DNA from: a bacterium | GTDB taxonomy: Bacteria > Electryoneota > Electryoneia > Electryoneales > Electryoneaceae | DNA: 64,000 nucleotides | Assembly: GCA_963675295.2 (NCBI GenBank) | Contig: CAXXKJ010000001.1 | Coordinates: 192,001-256,000, forward strand | Direction: 5' to 3' | Shown here: piece by piece, positions 1 to 10,821 of the stretch | Layout: every line of letters starts with the position of its first letter | Position numbering within the stretch: position 1 is the first letter of the stretch | The notes under the pieces: generated by a model | Database searches by the model: none | Told to the model about the DNA's origin: nothing | Seen by the model: only the letters and a program-made list of their open reading frames with translations | Program-made: the position numbers and the translations under genes

Positions 1-46
1 AATTTCCGGCTCGGGAGCATGCACCATCGCCAGGATAATCGGCAGT

Positions 47-81
47 AAAAAAGGGGCATGTGATCGAGTCACATGCCCCTT
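47..81 (-). terminator. Rho-independent terminator of the CTD gene 108..2075
   Basis: 13-bp inverted repeat aaggggcatgtga/tcacatgcccctt followed by a T-run on the minus strand, just downstream of the stop. Confidence 0.75.
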
Positions 82-107
82 GGGTATGAACCATCAATCG
101 GGGAAGC

Positions 108-2075
108 TTAGCGAACCAGCATCACCTTCTGGGTCTGGTTCAGCTGGCCCGGAACCATCGCGCGGATGAAGTACAGGCCGCTGGCGAGGTTCGAAGCGTC
201 GAAGGTCATCGTGTGACGGCCGGCGGTGTAATCACCGTTGGCGACCGACGCGACCAACTGACCAGCGACGTTGTACACGTTCACCGTCAGGTCAGACGCT
301 TCCGGCAGGGTAACCGCGAAGCTGGTGCTCGGGTTGAACGGGTTCGGGTACGCGGTTTCAAGCGCGAACTCGGTCGGAACGTTCACAGCCGAACCACCGT
401 TGGAGGCGGTACCGAAGCTGCTGCTGCCAATCCACTCTTCCGGGTGGAATTCGTAGCTGTCCGTGGCGAACTCAGCGCTGCGGTCAAACGCAACACCGCG
501 ATCGTACGGCGCGCACTCAATACCCATGTGGTCACGATAGACCGATTCGATCTCGCCAAGGTGCGCCGGGCCGATGGAGTTCGGGGCCGGGGCGTTGCTG
601 GCGCCGACTTCGTCGAACCAGGATTCGTTGGTGTACGCCGTCACGATACCAACATAACCGCTGGCATACGTACCGTCGCTGAAGCTGCCTTCGTAGTTGC
701 CGTTGATGGTGATGTCAACGGTGCCGCCGCTGGCATCGATCTGCAGGGTGTTGACAGCGCCAACGCCCGTGTTGATCGCGGTACCAGTCGTCCAGCCGAT
801 GAGGTTGGTCGGGGCGCCAGCCGTGTAGACCCACGCGGAGTAGCTGGTGTTGGAGATGTAGACAGCGTAACCATTGTAGTCGCCATCCTGCGGGCCATCA
901 CCGCGGAAGAGCATACCGCAGGAATAACCGTTCGTGACTTCATACATGAAGGTCGTGGACGCACTGAAATTGCCGAAGGACGAGCTGGTATAGGAACCGG
1001 AACCCCAGTCCGTCGTGTTGCCGACCACATCGATCTTGCAGTAGCCACCATCAATCGAGTACGAGCCCGGGCCGACGAAGAAGTCCATGCCCTGAGCCAT
1101 GCCATCGTTGAAGTCTTCGAACCAACCCGCACCCTGCTTGCTGAACGGGAAGCTGTCCGAAACCTGCTGCGGCGGGCTGTTCGGCACACCAGCCTTGGCT
1201 TCAAACATGTAGTTGCCGGCCGGGGCGGAACCCGGAACCGAAACCGTCATGCCCGTGACCTGAAGGTTCATGTACGGGAACAGGGTGAACGGAATGTTGT
1301 CGATCGGACCAAAGACCTGCTGGTTCGGCAGGGTCGCGAAGGTCTGATAACGGAGACCCGGAATCTGAGCCGGGATCGTGCTGACGAGCGACGCATCATA
1401 CACCACGTTGCCGCCACCCATCGGGACCGTGTCCACAACCGGGGTCAACGTCAGGGTCACCGGGTCGCCCGGGCCGTTGTCGAACCACAGGTCGTCGAAG
1501 CACGCCACGTTGCCGGTGAAATCGAGAACCACGCTCGCGCAGCCGTTCATGCCGCTCAGCGACATGGTCTGCAACGCCGAGGTGCCGGTGATCGTCGTGC
1601 TACCCAGCACGCCGCCACCCGCATTGTACGCGGTCATCGTGATCGTACCGGACGAACTGTGACCGGCGAGGATCGAAATGTCACTGATTTCCGGGTTGAA
1701 CAGCATCGTCTCCGGCGGGTTTGCACCAACGCCAGTGTTGAACGCGAGGAAGTTCGGCGACGAGAAGTTGCTGATGCCGAAGCCGCCGCTCTCGTTCAAG
1801 ACTTCGCCAAGACCCTGGAAGATCACGCCCTGCGCGGCGTATTCATTGGTCAGCGGAACCTGGTCGTTGAACAGGCCAGGCGCGGTCATGTCATCAAAGT
1901 TGATGAACTCATCGTCCGCGATCGGACCATCTTCCGGGGCCACATACGTGTTGCTGACGTCGATCGCCGGGGTGTCCGACGGAACGCCATTCACGGTAAA
2001 CGATTCGGCGAGGACCGGACTGGCGGCCAACGCCATCGCGACAAACGACGCGAATACCTTACTCAGGTGCTTCAT
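108..2075 (-). CDS. Secreted protein: N-terminal beta domain, shared Ig-like domain, concanavalin/DUF1080-like domain, T9SS type-A-like CTD
   Basis: ATG at 2075 after GGGGAGG; signal peptide MKHLSKVFASFVAMALAASPVLA; C-terminus AYPNPFNPST...SGLYFIRAMVPGQLNQTQKVMLVR; paralog of 2510..4459. Confidence 0.85.
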   Translation of the reverse strand: MKHLSKVFASFVAMALAASPVLAESFTVNGVPSDTPAIDVSNTYVAPEDGPIADDEFINFDDMTAPGLFNDQVPLTNEYAAQGVIFQGLGEVLNESGGFGISNFSSPNFLAFNTGVGANPPETMLFNPEISDISILAGHSSSGTITMTAYNAGGGVLGSTTITGTSALQTMSLSGMNGCASVVLDFTGNVACFDDLWFDNGPGDPVTLTLTPVVDTVPMGGGNVVYDASLVSTIPAQIPGLRYQTFATLPNQQVFGPIDNIPFTLFPYMNLQVTGMTVSVPGSAPAGNYMFEAKAGVPNSPPQQVSDSFPFSKQGAGWFEDFNDGMAQGMDFFVGPGSYSIDGGYCKIDVVGNTTDWGSGSYTSSSFGNFSASTTFMYEVTNGYSCGMLFRGDGPQDGDYNGYAVYISNTSYSAWVYTAGAPTNLIGWTTGTAINTGVGAVNTLQIDASGGTVDITINGNYEGSFSDGTYASGYVGIVTAYTNESWFDEVGASNAPAPNSIGPAHLGEIESVYRDHMGIECAPYDRGVAFDRSAEFATDSYEFHPEEWIGSSSFGTASNGGSAVNVPTEFALETAYPNPFNPSTSFAVTLPEASDLTVNVYNVAGQLVASVANGDYTAGRHTMTFDASNLASGLYFIRAMVPGQLNQTQKVMLVR

Positions 2076-2448
2076 ACTACCTCCCCTTGCGGTTCTTCTG
2101 TGATGTGAAACCTGATTGGAATCACGGTCTCCTGATTTCCCATGCCAGAGAAACTGGAGCATCGAAACGGTTGTCGCTTCTGATCTCGAATCGAAGTGAG
2201 CAGTGAAACTACCAGTCGGGGTAAGCAGTGCGTCGAAGCGGTATGAATCTTAGGAACGACTAACAAGATAATCGGGCGGAACAGCAATGCAAGTAGAAAC
2301 TAGCCCTTTCGAATTTTTCTTTCTCTGGAGTCTTGTTAGGTTACTGTCAATTGAAGCTAATAATGACGAATCCTCACACTTCAGCTGAATGGTCAGCAGT
2401 CAGGTTGACTATCAAACAGGTTGTCCTATACATAAGGAGGGAACAAGG

Positions 2449-2477
2449 GGGGACGCGTGAACCAGGCACGCGTCCCC
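2449..2477 (-). terminator. Hairpin (terminator or REP-like) after gene 2510..4459
   Basis: 11-bp inverted repeat ggggacgcgtg/cacgcgtcccc; weak T-tract. Confidence 0.5.
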
Positions 2478-2509
2478 ATGCAGGACATGACATCAACAAA
2501 TGCTGTCTA

Positions 2510-4459
2510 TTAACGGACCAGCATCACCTTCTGGGTCTGATCCATCTGACCCGGAACCGTGGCGCGGACGAAGTACAGGCCGCTGGCCAGGCTCGAGGCG
2601 TCGAAGGTCATCGTGTGACGGCCAGCGCTGTAGTCGCCATTGGCAACCGTCGCAACCAGCTGGCCAGTGACGTTGTACACGTTCACCGTCAGATCCGACG
2701 TCTGCGGCAGGCTCACCGCGAACGTCGTGGTCGGGTTGAACGGGTTCGGATACGCATTCTCCAGCGCGAACTCGGTCGGAACATTGACCGAACCCTCGTT
2801 GGATGCAATACCGAAGCTGCTGCCGGCCCAATCTTCCGGATTGAACTGATAGTCACTCGGAGAATACCGGTCAAACACCATCACACCGTCCGCAACCGGC
2901 ATCGGCGCGTCGATCGGGTTGTGCATGTCGTCGAAGTACCCGTCGACCGGTGTGCCCTGCGCCGCCGGAGCGCCCGGCACCATGTCAGCCGCGCCGTAGG
3001 AGCAGAAGATATTGTCGTACCACGTCACGTTGTACGCTTCGATCACGCCGACATACCCCTGCGGATAAGACGCGTCGGTGAAGCTGTTGTGGTACGTTCC
3101 GTTGATGTACAGGTCGTACGTGCCGCCCGAACCCTGGACTTCCATCGAGTTCACAGCGCCCATACCGGTGTTGATGCCGGTACCTGTGGCCCAGGAGATG
3201 ATACTTGAGGCCGAGCCAGCCGTGTACTTCCACACCGAGTAGCTGGTGTTGGAGACGTACATGCCGTAGCCATTGAAATCGGTGTCACGTGGACCATTGG
3301 TGCACCACATCACACCACGGGAGCTGGACTGGCTGTCCTGAATCTCGAACGTGCTGGTGAGTGTGAAGTTGTCAAACTCCATCGCCTCGTACGCACCTGT
3401 CTGCCAGCTGGTGCCGCTCGAACCGTCGAGCTTCGCATAGCCACCCGAGAACGAAAGGTCATCCACGATCCAGTTCCAAGCTGTGCCAGGATCGGTGTTG
3501 AACTCTTCCGCCAGGCCACCGCCACCGAGCTTGACGAACGGGAATGAATCCGTCACCTGCATGTTCGGGTTGTTCGGAACACCCGCAATCGCTTCGAGGA
3601 TGTAACCGCCTGTGGGGGCACCACCCGGAACCGCAATCGTCCGGTTGTAGATCGTGACGTCCATGTACGGCGTCAGCGTAAACGGAATGTTTTCGATCGG
3701 ACCGTAGACCACGCTGTTCGGCAGCGTCGCAAAGGTCTGATACCGCAGACCGGACATCATGGCCGGAATCGTGCTCACCAGCGACACATCGTAGATAACG
3801 TCGCCACCCGTCTCCGGGACCGTCGTCTGAGTCGGGTTCAGCGTCAACGTCACCGGATCGCCAGGACCGTTCACGAAGAACAGGTCGTCAAAGCAGCAAA
3901 CCGTACCGCTGAAATCGAGGACCACCTCGACAATGTCGTTTCCGGTGATGCTAAGTTCCTGCATCGCCGTTGTACCCGTCACAGACGTGTAACCAACCTG
4001 CGTGCCGCCGGAATTGTACGCGGTCATTTCAATAAATACCGACGAGGAGTGACCACCGAGAATGGAGATTTCCGTGATCGGCGGATCAAACAGCAAGGTC
4101 TCCGGAGGGTTCGCGCCAACGCCAGTGTTAAAGGCAAGGAAATTCGGCGCGGAATACCCTGTCACGCTGAAGCCCCCACCGTCATTCAACACTTCACCAA
4201 GGCCTTGAAACACCACGCCCAGGTCTTCATACTCCGTGGTCAGCGGAATCTGGTCGTTGAACAAACTCGGTGCATCGAGGTCGTCAAAGTCAATGAACAC
4301 ATCGTCATCGGTGATCGGCCCGGTGTTCGGCGCGATATAGTTGTTGACCATATCAACGGCGGGTGTGTCGGACACCACACCATTGACCACATACGTGTCC
4401 GCATTGGCCGCAAACACGACCACGAGACACAGGACGAACAGCAAACTCAGGCGCTTCAT
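2510..4459 (-). CDS. Secreted CTD protein, tandem paralog of 108..2075
   Basis: ATG at 4459 with similar upstream GGGGGTAGT; signal peptide MKRLSLLFVLCLVVVFAANA; shared segments VNGVxSDTPAxD, NFLAFNTGVGANPPET, GPGDPVTLTL; CTD. Confidence 0.85.
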   Translation of the reverse strand: MKRLSLLFVLCLVVVFAANADTYVVNGVVSDTPAVDMVNNYIAPNTGPITDDDVFIDFDDLDAPSLFNDQIPLTTEYEDLGVVFQGLGEVLNDGGGFSVTGYSAPNFLAFNTGVGANPPETLLFDPPITEISILGGHSSSVFIEMTAYNSGGTQVGYTSVTGTTAMQELSITGNDIVEVVLDFSGTVCCFDDLFFVNGPGDPVTLTLNPTQTTVPETGGDVIYDVSLVSTIPAMMSGLRYQTFATLPNSVVYGPIENIPFTLTPYMDVTIYNRTIAVPGGAPTGGYILEAIAGVPNNPNMQVTDSFPFVKLGGGGLAEEFNTDPGTAWNWIVDDLSFSGGYAKLDGSSGTSWQTGAYEAMEFDNFTLTSTFEIQDSQSSSRGVMWCTNGPRDTDFNGYGMYVSNTSYSVWKYTAGSASSIISWATGTGINTGMGAVNSMEVQGSGGTYDLYINGTYHNSFTDASYPQGYVGVIEAYNVTWYDNIFCSYGAADMVPGAPAAQGTPVDGYFDDMHNPIDAPMPVADGVMVFDRYSPSDYQFNPEDWAGSSFGIASNEGSVNVPTEFALENAYPNPFNPTTTFAVSLPQTSDLTVNVYNVTGQLVATVANGDYSAGRHTMTFDASSLASGLYFVRATVPGQMDQTQKVMLVR

Positions 4460-4836
4460 ACTACCCCCCTTGGTTGAAGCTGACTGTACCCGGTTACGAG
4501 ACTGCAAACGAAATGAATACAACAGGTTTAAAATCGTAAGTTGCTATTTCGTGTCGGATGAAGTCTGTTGAGGTCACAGGAGAGCTGTTCGTGGTAAACC
4601 ATCGGCCCCTTTTCCGACTAGTTTACACAAAGATAGGTAAATAAGATAACACCCTAACTATTTGAGACAAGTGTATTTGCGGGATATTTTTTGTTTTCGG
4701 GGCTCTCGAGCCAGTGATCCAAGCTGTTGTTTTGTATAGAAAAAGGTGAACCACGTTGTGGTCCACCCATAAAGTTGACCGGGGTCGTCCGAGATCGGCC
4801 CCCACGCCAGTGCACACTTTACACTGGGTCCGATCC

Positions 4837-6591
4837 TTACCGCACCAGCATCAGCTTCCGCGTCAGATTCAGCTGGCCGGGCACCGTCGCCCGCACGAAA
4901 TACAGCCCGCTGGCGAGATGCGTCGCGTCGAACGTGTACGCGTGCAATCCGGCAGACACAGACCCGTTCACCAACTCCGCCACCTGCTGACCGTTCACGT
5001 TGTACACCGCCACCCGCAACTCAGCCGCTTCCGGCAACGCGACCCGCACCGTCGTCATCGCGTTGAACGGGTTCGGTGTGCAATCTAGCGACATGTCACC
5101 ATCAGCCAGAACCGCAAACTCATCGTCGCCTGCGAGATCCGCACCCGGACGAGGGAGTTTCGTCACATCAAACGTGTCCGCGGCAACAACCTGATCCGGC
5201 CACGTGCCCAGGTTGGCGATAAAATAGAACTCGCCAGTCGGCAGGTTGTAGGGGACGTATTGCCTGCGTACCTCTACTCGTTGTTGTCCAGCCGGAAGAA
5301 ACAAATCCGGATGGACGTTGAACGCGCGAACCAGCTCACCGCTGGTGAAACGGATTTCCCCCCATAGGTCAACACTTGCGCCGTCAGCCGTCCGATTCCA
5401 CGCAGACCAATGGAAGACGAGGTTGCTGCCGTTGGGGCGAATGTTCACGGGTAGTTGTTTGGGAGTCACCGAAACGGCGAAGTCAACGTTTGGCAGATTG
5501 TTCTCCCGGACCACCAGCGGCCCGTCCCAGCGTCGCGACTCGACAAACTCCGGATAGCCGTCGCCGGTCAGATCAAATGTGCCCTGCCGGTCAGGCCAAC
5601 TGATCTGATAACAGATCTGATGCTTGCGCAAGTTCCACGTGCCACGGTTTTCCAGCCAGGCACGTCTCGGGATGTCATGGTAGATGTAGGATAGATCGAG
5701 GTCGCCGTCGGCGTCCATGTCCGCCAGCGAGATGTACGGCAGGACTTCATAGTCTTCAACAATGAACAGTTCCCACAATCCGTTGAGCAGCTGGCCGTGC
5801 CAGATCGCCAGGTAATCGTCCGTCGCTGCGGCAACACTGGGTGTGCCGTCACCGGTCAGATCGCCGACACGGACTTGATCCGCGTCGGCACCGTACGCGA
5901 TCGGGTGATGGGTCCAGTCCAGGCCGCCACCGAGATTCTCGAACCAGTTGATCTCGTCATCCCAGTTGACCGCACCGCAGGTGACGATGTCCAGATCGCC
6001 GTCGTCGTCCATGTCGGCGACCTCGAAATCACTTATTCGTGTCATGCCCCAGTCAAACTGGTGCATCACCCAACTGCTGCCCTGGTCGATGTTCTCATGC
6101 CAGATCAGCCCCCCGAGGGTCCAGTCTTCTGTAATCAGGATGTCGATATCGCCGTCATTGTCCAGATCGACGGGCTCGACTTCGGTGGCCGATGGAAACT
6201 CCGGCCCGATTACTTCCATGTCCCACGCCGCCCCATCGCCAAGATTCCAGAACAGGCGAAACTCATGATCGAACTGGGCCTGTGTAATCAGGTCGATGTG
6301 ACCGTCCCCGTTGAAATCCGCGGGACGTACCCGGCGGGCATCGTCAAAGTCATCATCCACGACGTGTTCAACGAACGTCAGCTGATTGTCGAGGTTTTCA
6401 AACCACGCGATGCGGTCGTCATTTCGTGACGCGATCAGCAAATCCATCCGTCCGTCATTGTTGATGTCCGCGCGCTGAATATCAGCGGCGCCATCGTCGT
6501 CTGGACGGATCACATGTTCGTACCACATCGTTTGCGCGAAAGAAGAAGACAGGCACAACAAGCTTAACGCGAGAAAAAGCAGGTATTTCAT
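4837..6591 (-). CDS. FG-GAP/VCBS repeat (Ca-binding beta-propeller) protein with Ig-like domain and CTD
   Basis: Signal peptide MKYLLFLALSLLCLSSSFA; about seven DxDxDGxxD...WxEN repeats; CTD PNPFNAMTT...KLMLVR; alternative start 6603. Confidence 0.85.
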   Translation of the reverse strand: MKYLLFLALSLLCLSSSFAQTMWYEHVIRPDDDGAADIQRADINNDGRMDLLIASRNDDRIAWFENLDNQLTFVEHVVDDDFDDARRVRPADFNGDGHIDLITQAQFDHEFRLFWNLGDGAAWDMEVIGPEFPSATEVEPVDLDNDGDIDILITEDWTLGGLIWHENIDQGSSWVMHQFDWGMTRISDFEVADMDDDGDLDIVTCGAVNWDDEINWFENLGGGLDWTHHPIAYGADADQVRVGDLTGDGTPSVAAATDDYLAIWHGQLLNGLWELFIVEDYEVLPYISLADMDADGDLDLSYIYHDIPRRAWLENRGTWNLRKHQICYQISWPDRQGTFDLTGDGYPEFVESRRWDGPLVVRENNLPNVDFAVSVTPKQLPVNIRPNGSNLVFHWSAWNRTADGASVDLWGEIRFTSGELVRAFNVHPDLFLPAGQQRVEVRRQYVPYNLPTGEFYFIANLGTWPDQVVAADTFDVTKLPRPGADLAGDDEFAVLADGDMSLDCTPNPFNAMTTVRVALPEAAELRVAVYNVNGQQVAELVNGSVSAGLHAYTFDATHLASGLYFVRATVPGQLNLTRKLMLVR

Positions 6592-6714
6592 CAAAACCCC
6601 CATATTGATTTACTACGGTCAGCTATTGGCTGGCCGGGCACGCAAGAAACCCGGACAGCAGATTCGATATATAAATAACAAATCATCGTCTGGGCAAAAG
6701 CGTCGTTATCGTTA

Positions 6715-8493
6715 TTAACGGATCAGCATCACCTTCTGCGTCTGGTTCAGCTGGCCGGGCACCGTCGCCCGCACGAAATACAACCCACTCGCGAGATGCG
6801 CAGCGTCAAAGCTGAATTCATGCAATCCGGCTGGTACCGATTCGTTCACCAACTCCGCCACCTGCTGACCGTTCACGTTGTACACCGCCACCCGTAACTC
6901 GGACGCTTCTGGCAGCGTTACCCGTACTGTCGTCATCGCGTTGAACGGATTCGGCGAACAGTCCAGCGACGCTGCCAACGCGGTTGGTTCGGTGGGTACA
7001 ACGTCAGCGTTCAACGGATCCGTCCACTCTTCACGCTTATTGATGAACAGGGTGTCAGCGGCCAGGATCTGGTCGGGCCAGGTACCGATATTGGCGACGA
7101 AGTAATTGAGTCCGCTCGGCAGGTAGTTCGGAACATACTGCCAGCGAACTTCCGCCCGTTGCCAGCCAGCTGGAATGTCCGTTGCGGGATGCACATTGAA
7201 CGCCCGCAACTGTTCGCCGGACGAACCCCAGATTTCAGCCCAGATATCCAGCGTAACATCCGTATCGGTCTGATTACCGACTGTCCAGCGAAAGCTGAAG
7301 TTGCCACCGCCACGGGAGATGGTGATCGGAAAACCATGCTGGGACCGAACCGTGATGGAATACTCAGAGCCGGAAAGGTTGTTCTCGAAACTCGGAAAGT
7401 AACCGTCATACAACTGGGATGCGACCAGGTCCAACGCGCCATCATTGTTGATGTCGCTCAGCACGTGGTCATTCGCCCAAAGGTACGTGTAGCAGATCTG
7501 ACGCTCACGCCAGGTTCCGTCGGGCCGGAATTCCCACCACGCAAAGGTGTCCGTGTGGCGCAACTTGGACGTGAAATCCAGGTCACCGTCGCCGTCGATA
7601 TCAGCAAAACACATGTTGCTCATGACCGGGCGCGTCCCGACAATCGTGTGGTCCCAAGTGCCATGGGGGTCTTCTGTTTGCCAGTAGACGACTCCGTCGT
7701 CCGTACCGGCAACAATCTCCTGGGTGCCATCGTTGTTGATGTCGTTGACATACAGCTGCGTCGCGAGGCTAAGGCCATAATTTGGTGAGATGGTATGCGT
7801 GGTCCACGTCGTAGCACTGTCCTGATTCTCGATCCAGTCGATTTGATCAGGAATACTGCTCGTCGTATTCACCACGATATCCGGATCGCCGTCCAGGTCC
7901 ACATCCGCAATTGTGTACTGGGACGCGGAGAAATTCATCGTGATGGGGATATGGTGAACGTCGCCGAAGCCCGTGTTGTTCACATTCTCATACCATTCAA
8001 CACGACGAGGAAGGCTCCGCAGCCCGGCGACAAGATCGAGATCTCCGTCCACGTCGATATCAACGAGATGAATCCCCTCAAGGCCTGGGATGTCATCATT
8101 CACGACCACCTTTGTCCAGTCTGATCCCTGTCCCAGGTTGTAATACACGCTGAGATCCTGATCATCACGGCCCCAGGCAGCCAGGTCGGGGTCGCCATCT
8201 CCATCGATATCGCCGAAGGCGGCGTAAGAAGGGTGCTCAATCACATCGTCAATGACATGTTCCTCGAACTCAAATGTGCCATCCAGATTTTCCCACCAAC
8301 TCAACCGGTCCTGCCCGTAATTCGCGCCCACGATATCCGGCCAGCCATCGTCATTCAAGTCAACGGACAACAGGCTGTACAGCCCCACTCGTTCTATGTC
8401 TATTTCACGTGCGTGATGCTGAATCCACTGCGGCTGGCTGAAAACGGTCGAGTAAACGGCAAGCAGGATCGTGGTCAACAGAAAGCGGTTCAT
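6715..8493 (-). CDS. FG-GAP/VCBS repeat protein with Ig-like domain and CTD, paralog of 4837..6591
   Basis: Signal peptide MNRFLLTTILLAVYSTVFS; DIDGDGDPD/DIDVDGDLD repeats; shared RAFNVHP...ANIGTWPDQ segment; CTD. Confidence 0.85.
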   Translation of the reverse strand: MNRFLLTTILLAVYSTVFSQPQWIQHHAREIDIERVGLYSLLSVDLNDDGWPDIVGANYGQDRLSWWENLDGTFEFEEHVIDDVIEHPSYAAFGDIDGDGDPDLAAWGRDDQDLSVYYNLGQGSDWTKVVVNDDIPGLEGIHLVDIDVDGDLDLVAGLRSLPRRVEWYENVNNTGFGDVHHIPITMNFSASQYTIADVDLDGDPDIVVNTTSSIPDQIDWIENQDSATTWTTHTISPNYGLSLATQLYVNDINNDGTQEIVAGTDDGVVYWQTEDPHGTWDHTIVGTRPVMSNMCFADIDGDGDLDFTSKLRHTDTFAWWEFRPDGTWRERQICYTYLWANDHVLSDINNDGALDLVASQLYDGYFPSFENNLSGSEYSITVRSQHGFPITISRGGGNFSFRWTVGNQTDTDVTLDIWAEIWGSSGEQLRAFNVHPATDIPAGWQRAEVRWQYVPNYLPSGLNYFVANIGTWPDQILAADTLFINKREEWTDPLNADVVPTEPTALAASLDCSPNPFNAMTTVRVTLPEASELRVAVYNVNGQQVAELVNESVPAGLHEFSFDAAHLASGLYFVRATVPGQLNQTQKVMLIR

Positions 8494-8725
8494 GATTTCC
8501 CCCAATTGCATATACCGTGGATACCGGAATACCGGATGATAGACTCCAATAAAACTAACCTACTCCCTCCTGGCAGCATGGTCAAGCGTTCCGGTCACGG
8601 CAAGCAATCTCGACCGCTGGAAAGAAAACCGGTTGTTCAACACTCCTAACTTTTCGTATCCTTTACCCCGGTTCTGCATCCAACGACCAGACAGCCGCTC
8701 AAACATCCAACACGGAGAGCCCCCC

Positions 8726-10687
8726 ATGCCCGACGCGAACGACCGTCCCGCTGCCGACATCCACACCTCATCCGCAGACGCCGCCGGCGCACCGCTCGGC
8801 ACCGCCGCCGATACCAGCGAAGTCTTTCACCCCTCCGACGAAGTCATCGCCGCTGCCCACATCAAGGACTGGGAAAAGACCCGTGAGGACGCGCTGAAAG
8901 ACCCCGTCGCGTTCTGGTCGGAACGAGCGCGCGAGCTGGATTGGTACGAGCCGTGGACCAAAGCACTGGACGATTCCGAAGCCCCATTTTACAAGTGGTT
9001 CACCGGTGGCAAGACGAATGTCGTGCTCAACGCTCTCGACCGGCACATGCACACTGCGACGAAGAACAAGATCGCGTTCATCTGGGAAGGCGAGAACGGC
9101 GACCAGCGCACGATGTCCTACTTCCGGCTGCGACAGGAAGTCAACAAATTCGCGAACGTGCTCAAGTCGATGGGGGTGAAGAAGGGCGACCGCGTCACGA
9201 TCTACATGGGCCGGATCATGGAAATCGTGATCGCGATGCTCGCCACGGTCAAGATTGGAGCGGTGCACAGCGTCGTCTACGGCGGCTTTTCCACCGAAGC
9301 GCTCGCGGAACGGATCGAGGACGCCCGCAGCCGTGTCCTGATCACTGCGGACGGCGCGTGGATTCGCGGCAAGACCGTTAAGCTGAAGAACATCGCGGAT
9401 GACGCCGTCGCACGTTCCGGCTACGTCGAACACGTCATCGTCGTCAAACGGACCGGCGAAGATGTCAATATGGAAGCCGCGCGCGACTACTGGTACCACG
9501 ACCTGATGGCGCTGCCGATCGCCAGCCCGGTCTGCGAAACCGAAGTCATGGACGCCGAGGACCCGCTCTTCATCCTCTACACCTCCGGCACCACCGGCCG
9601 CCCGAAAGGCGTGCTGCACACCCACGGCGGCTACCAGGTGACTATCTCGACGACGCTCAAATGGGTGTTCGACATCAAGGACGAAGACCGCTGGTGGTGC
9701 GCCGCCGACCCCGGCTGGATCACCGGCCACAGCTACATCGTTTACGGACCGCTGATTGTTGGCGCGACCAGCTTCCTCTACGAGGGCGCGCCGGACTTCC
9801 CGTACCCCGACCGCTGGTGGAAACTGGTCGAACAGTACGGCATTACCACACTGTACACCGCTCCGACCGCGATTCGTGGGCTGATGCGCTTCGGCGAAAG
9901 CTGGCCGCAACGTCACGACCTCTCCAGCCTGCGTATCCTCGGCACCGTCGGCGAACCGATCAATCCGGAAGCGTGGAAATGGTACCACAAGGTGATCGGC
10001 GGCGACCGTTGCCCGATCATGGACACATGGTGGCAAACCGAAACCGGCGGCCACATGATCACCCCGCTGCCCGTCACCCCGCTCAAGCCGGGGTCCGGCA
10101 CAAAACCGTTCCCGGGCATCGACATGGATGTCGTCCGCGAGGACGGAACCTCCTGCAATCCGAACGAAGAGGGCAAGCTGGTCATCAAGCAGCCGTGGCC
10201 GGGCATGCTGCGCACCGTCTACGGCGACCCGGACCGCTACGTGCAGCAGTACTGGTCCGAGTTCAAGGAACAGGGTTGGTACCTGACAGGCGACAGCGCA
10301 CGCAAGGACGAGGACGGCTACATCTGGATCATCGGCCGCCTCGATGATGTCATCAAGGTTGCGGGCTACCGTCTCGGCACCGCCGAAATCGAGTCGGCGC
10401 TGGTCAGCCATCCGTCGGTGAGTGAAGCGGCTGTGATCGGCGTGCCGGACGAAGTCAAAGGCAACGCAATCCACGCCTTCTGTATCCCGAAGGCGGGCGG
10501 CGCGAAACCGACCGAAGAGGTGCTCAAGAAACACGTGCGTGAGGAAATGGGACCGATCGCCGTCCCCGCGAAAATCGAGCTCGTCGACAAGCTGCCGAAA
10601 ACCCGTTCCGGCAAGATCATGCGACGTGTCCTCCGTGCGAAAGCACTCGGCCAGGATGTCGGCGACCTGAGCACGATGGAGGACTGA
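8726..10687 (+). CDS. acs: Acetyl-CoA synthetase (AMP-forming)
   Basis: YTSGTTGRPKG AMP-binding motif, ADPGWITGHSY, DTWWQTETGG, PKTRSGKIMRR; GGAG before ATG 8726. Confidence 0.95.
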   Translation: MPDANDRPAADIHTSSADAAGAPLGTAADTSEVFHPSDEVIAAAHIKDWEKTREDALKDPVAFWSERARELDWYEPWTKALDDSEAPFYKWFTGGKTNVVLNALDRHMHTATKNKIAFIWEGENGDQRTMSYFRLRQEVNKFANVLKSMGVKKGDRVTIYMGRIMEIVIAMLATVKIGAVHSVVYGGFSTEALAERIEDARSRVLITADGAWIRGKTVKLKNIADDAVARSGYVEHVIVVKRTGEDVNMEAARDYWYHDLMALPIASPVCETEVMDAEDPLFILYTSGTTGRPKGVLHTHGGYQVTISTTLKWVFDIKDEDRWWCAADPGWITGHSYIVYGPLIVGATSFLYEGAPDFPYPDRWWKLVEQYGITTLYTAPTAIRGLMRFGESWPQRHDLSSLRILGTVGEPINPEAWKWYHKVIGGDRCPIMDTWWQTETGGHMITPLPVTPLKPGSGTKPFPGIDMDVVREDGTSCNPNEEGKLVIKQPWPGMLRTVYGDPDRYVQQYWSEFKEQGWYLTGDSARKDEDGYIWIIGRLDDVIKVAGYRLGTAEIESALVSHPSVSEAAVIGVPDEVKGNAIHAFCIPKAGGAKPTEEVLKKHVREEMGPIAVPAKIELVDKLPKTRSGKIMRRVLRAKALGQDVGDLSTMED

Positions 10688-10736
10688 TCGTCACTCGGTT
10701 CCCGAGACGATTACCTGAATTTCCATGAAAACATTG

Positions 10737-10757
10737 CCCGGCACCATGCCGGGTTTT
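10737..10757 (+). terminator. Terminator after acs
   Basis: cccggca-cca-tgccggg followed by tttt. Confidence 0.6.
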
Positions 10758-10821
10758 ATGTTTAGCTCTATCAATGAGACCGTCACAGGAGTTTATCGAC
10801 ATGTGTACTGTGGAGGTTCGC

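Noticed and set aside
213-2108. 631-aa plus-strand ORF, and similar long antisense ORFs (8768..10534, 20392..21015, 24701..25933, 55161..56408)
   Set aside because: Antisense shadows of well-supported high-GC genes; no motifs of their own.
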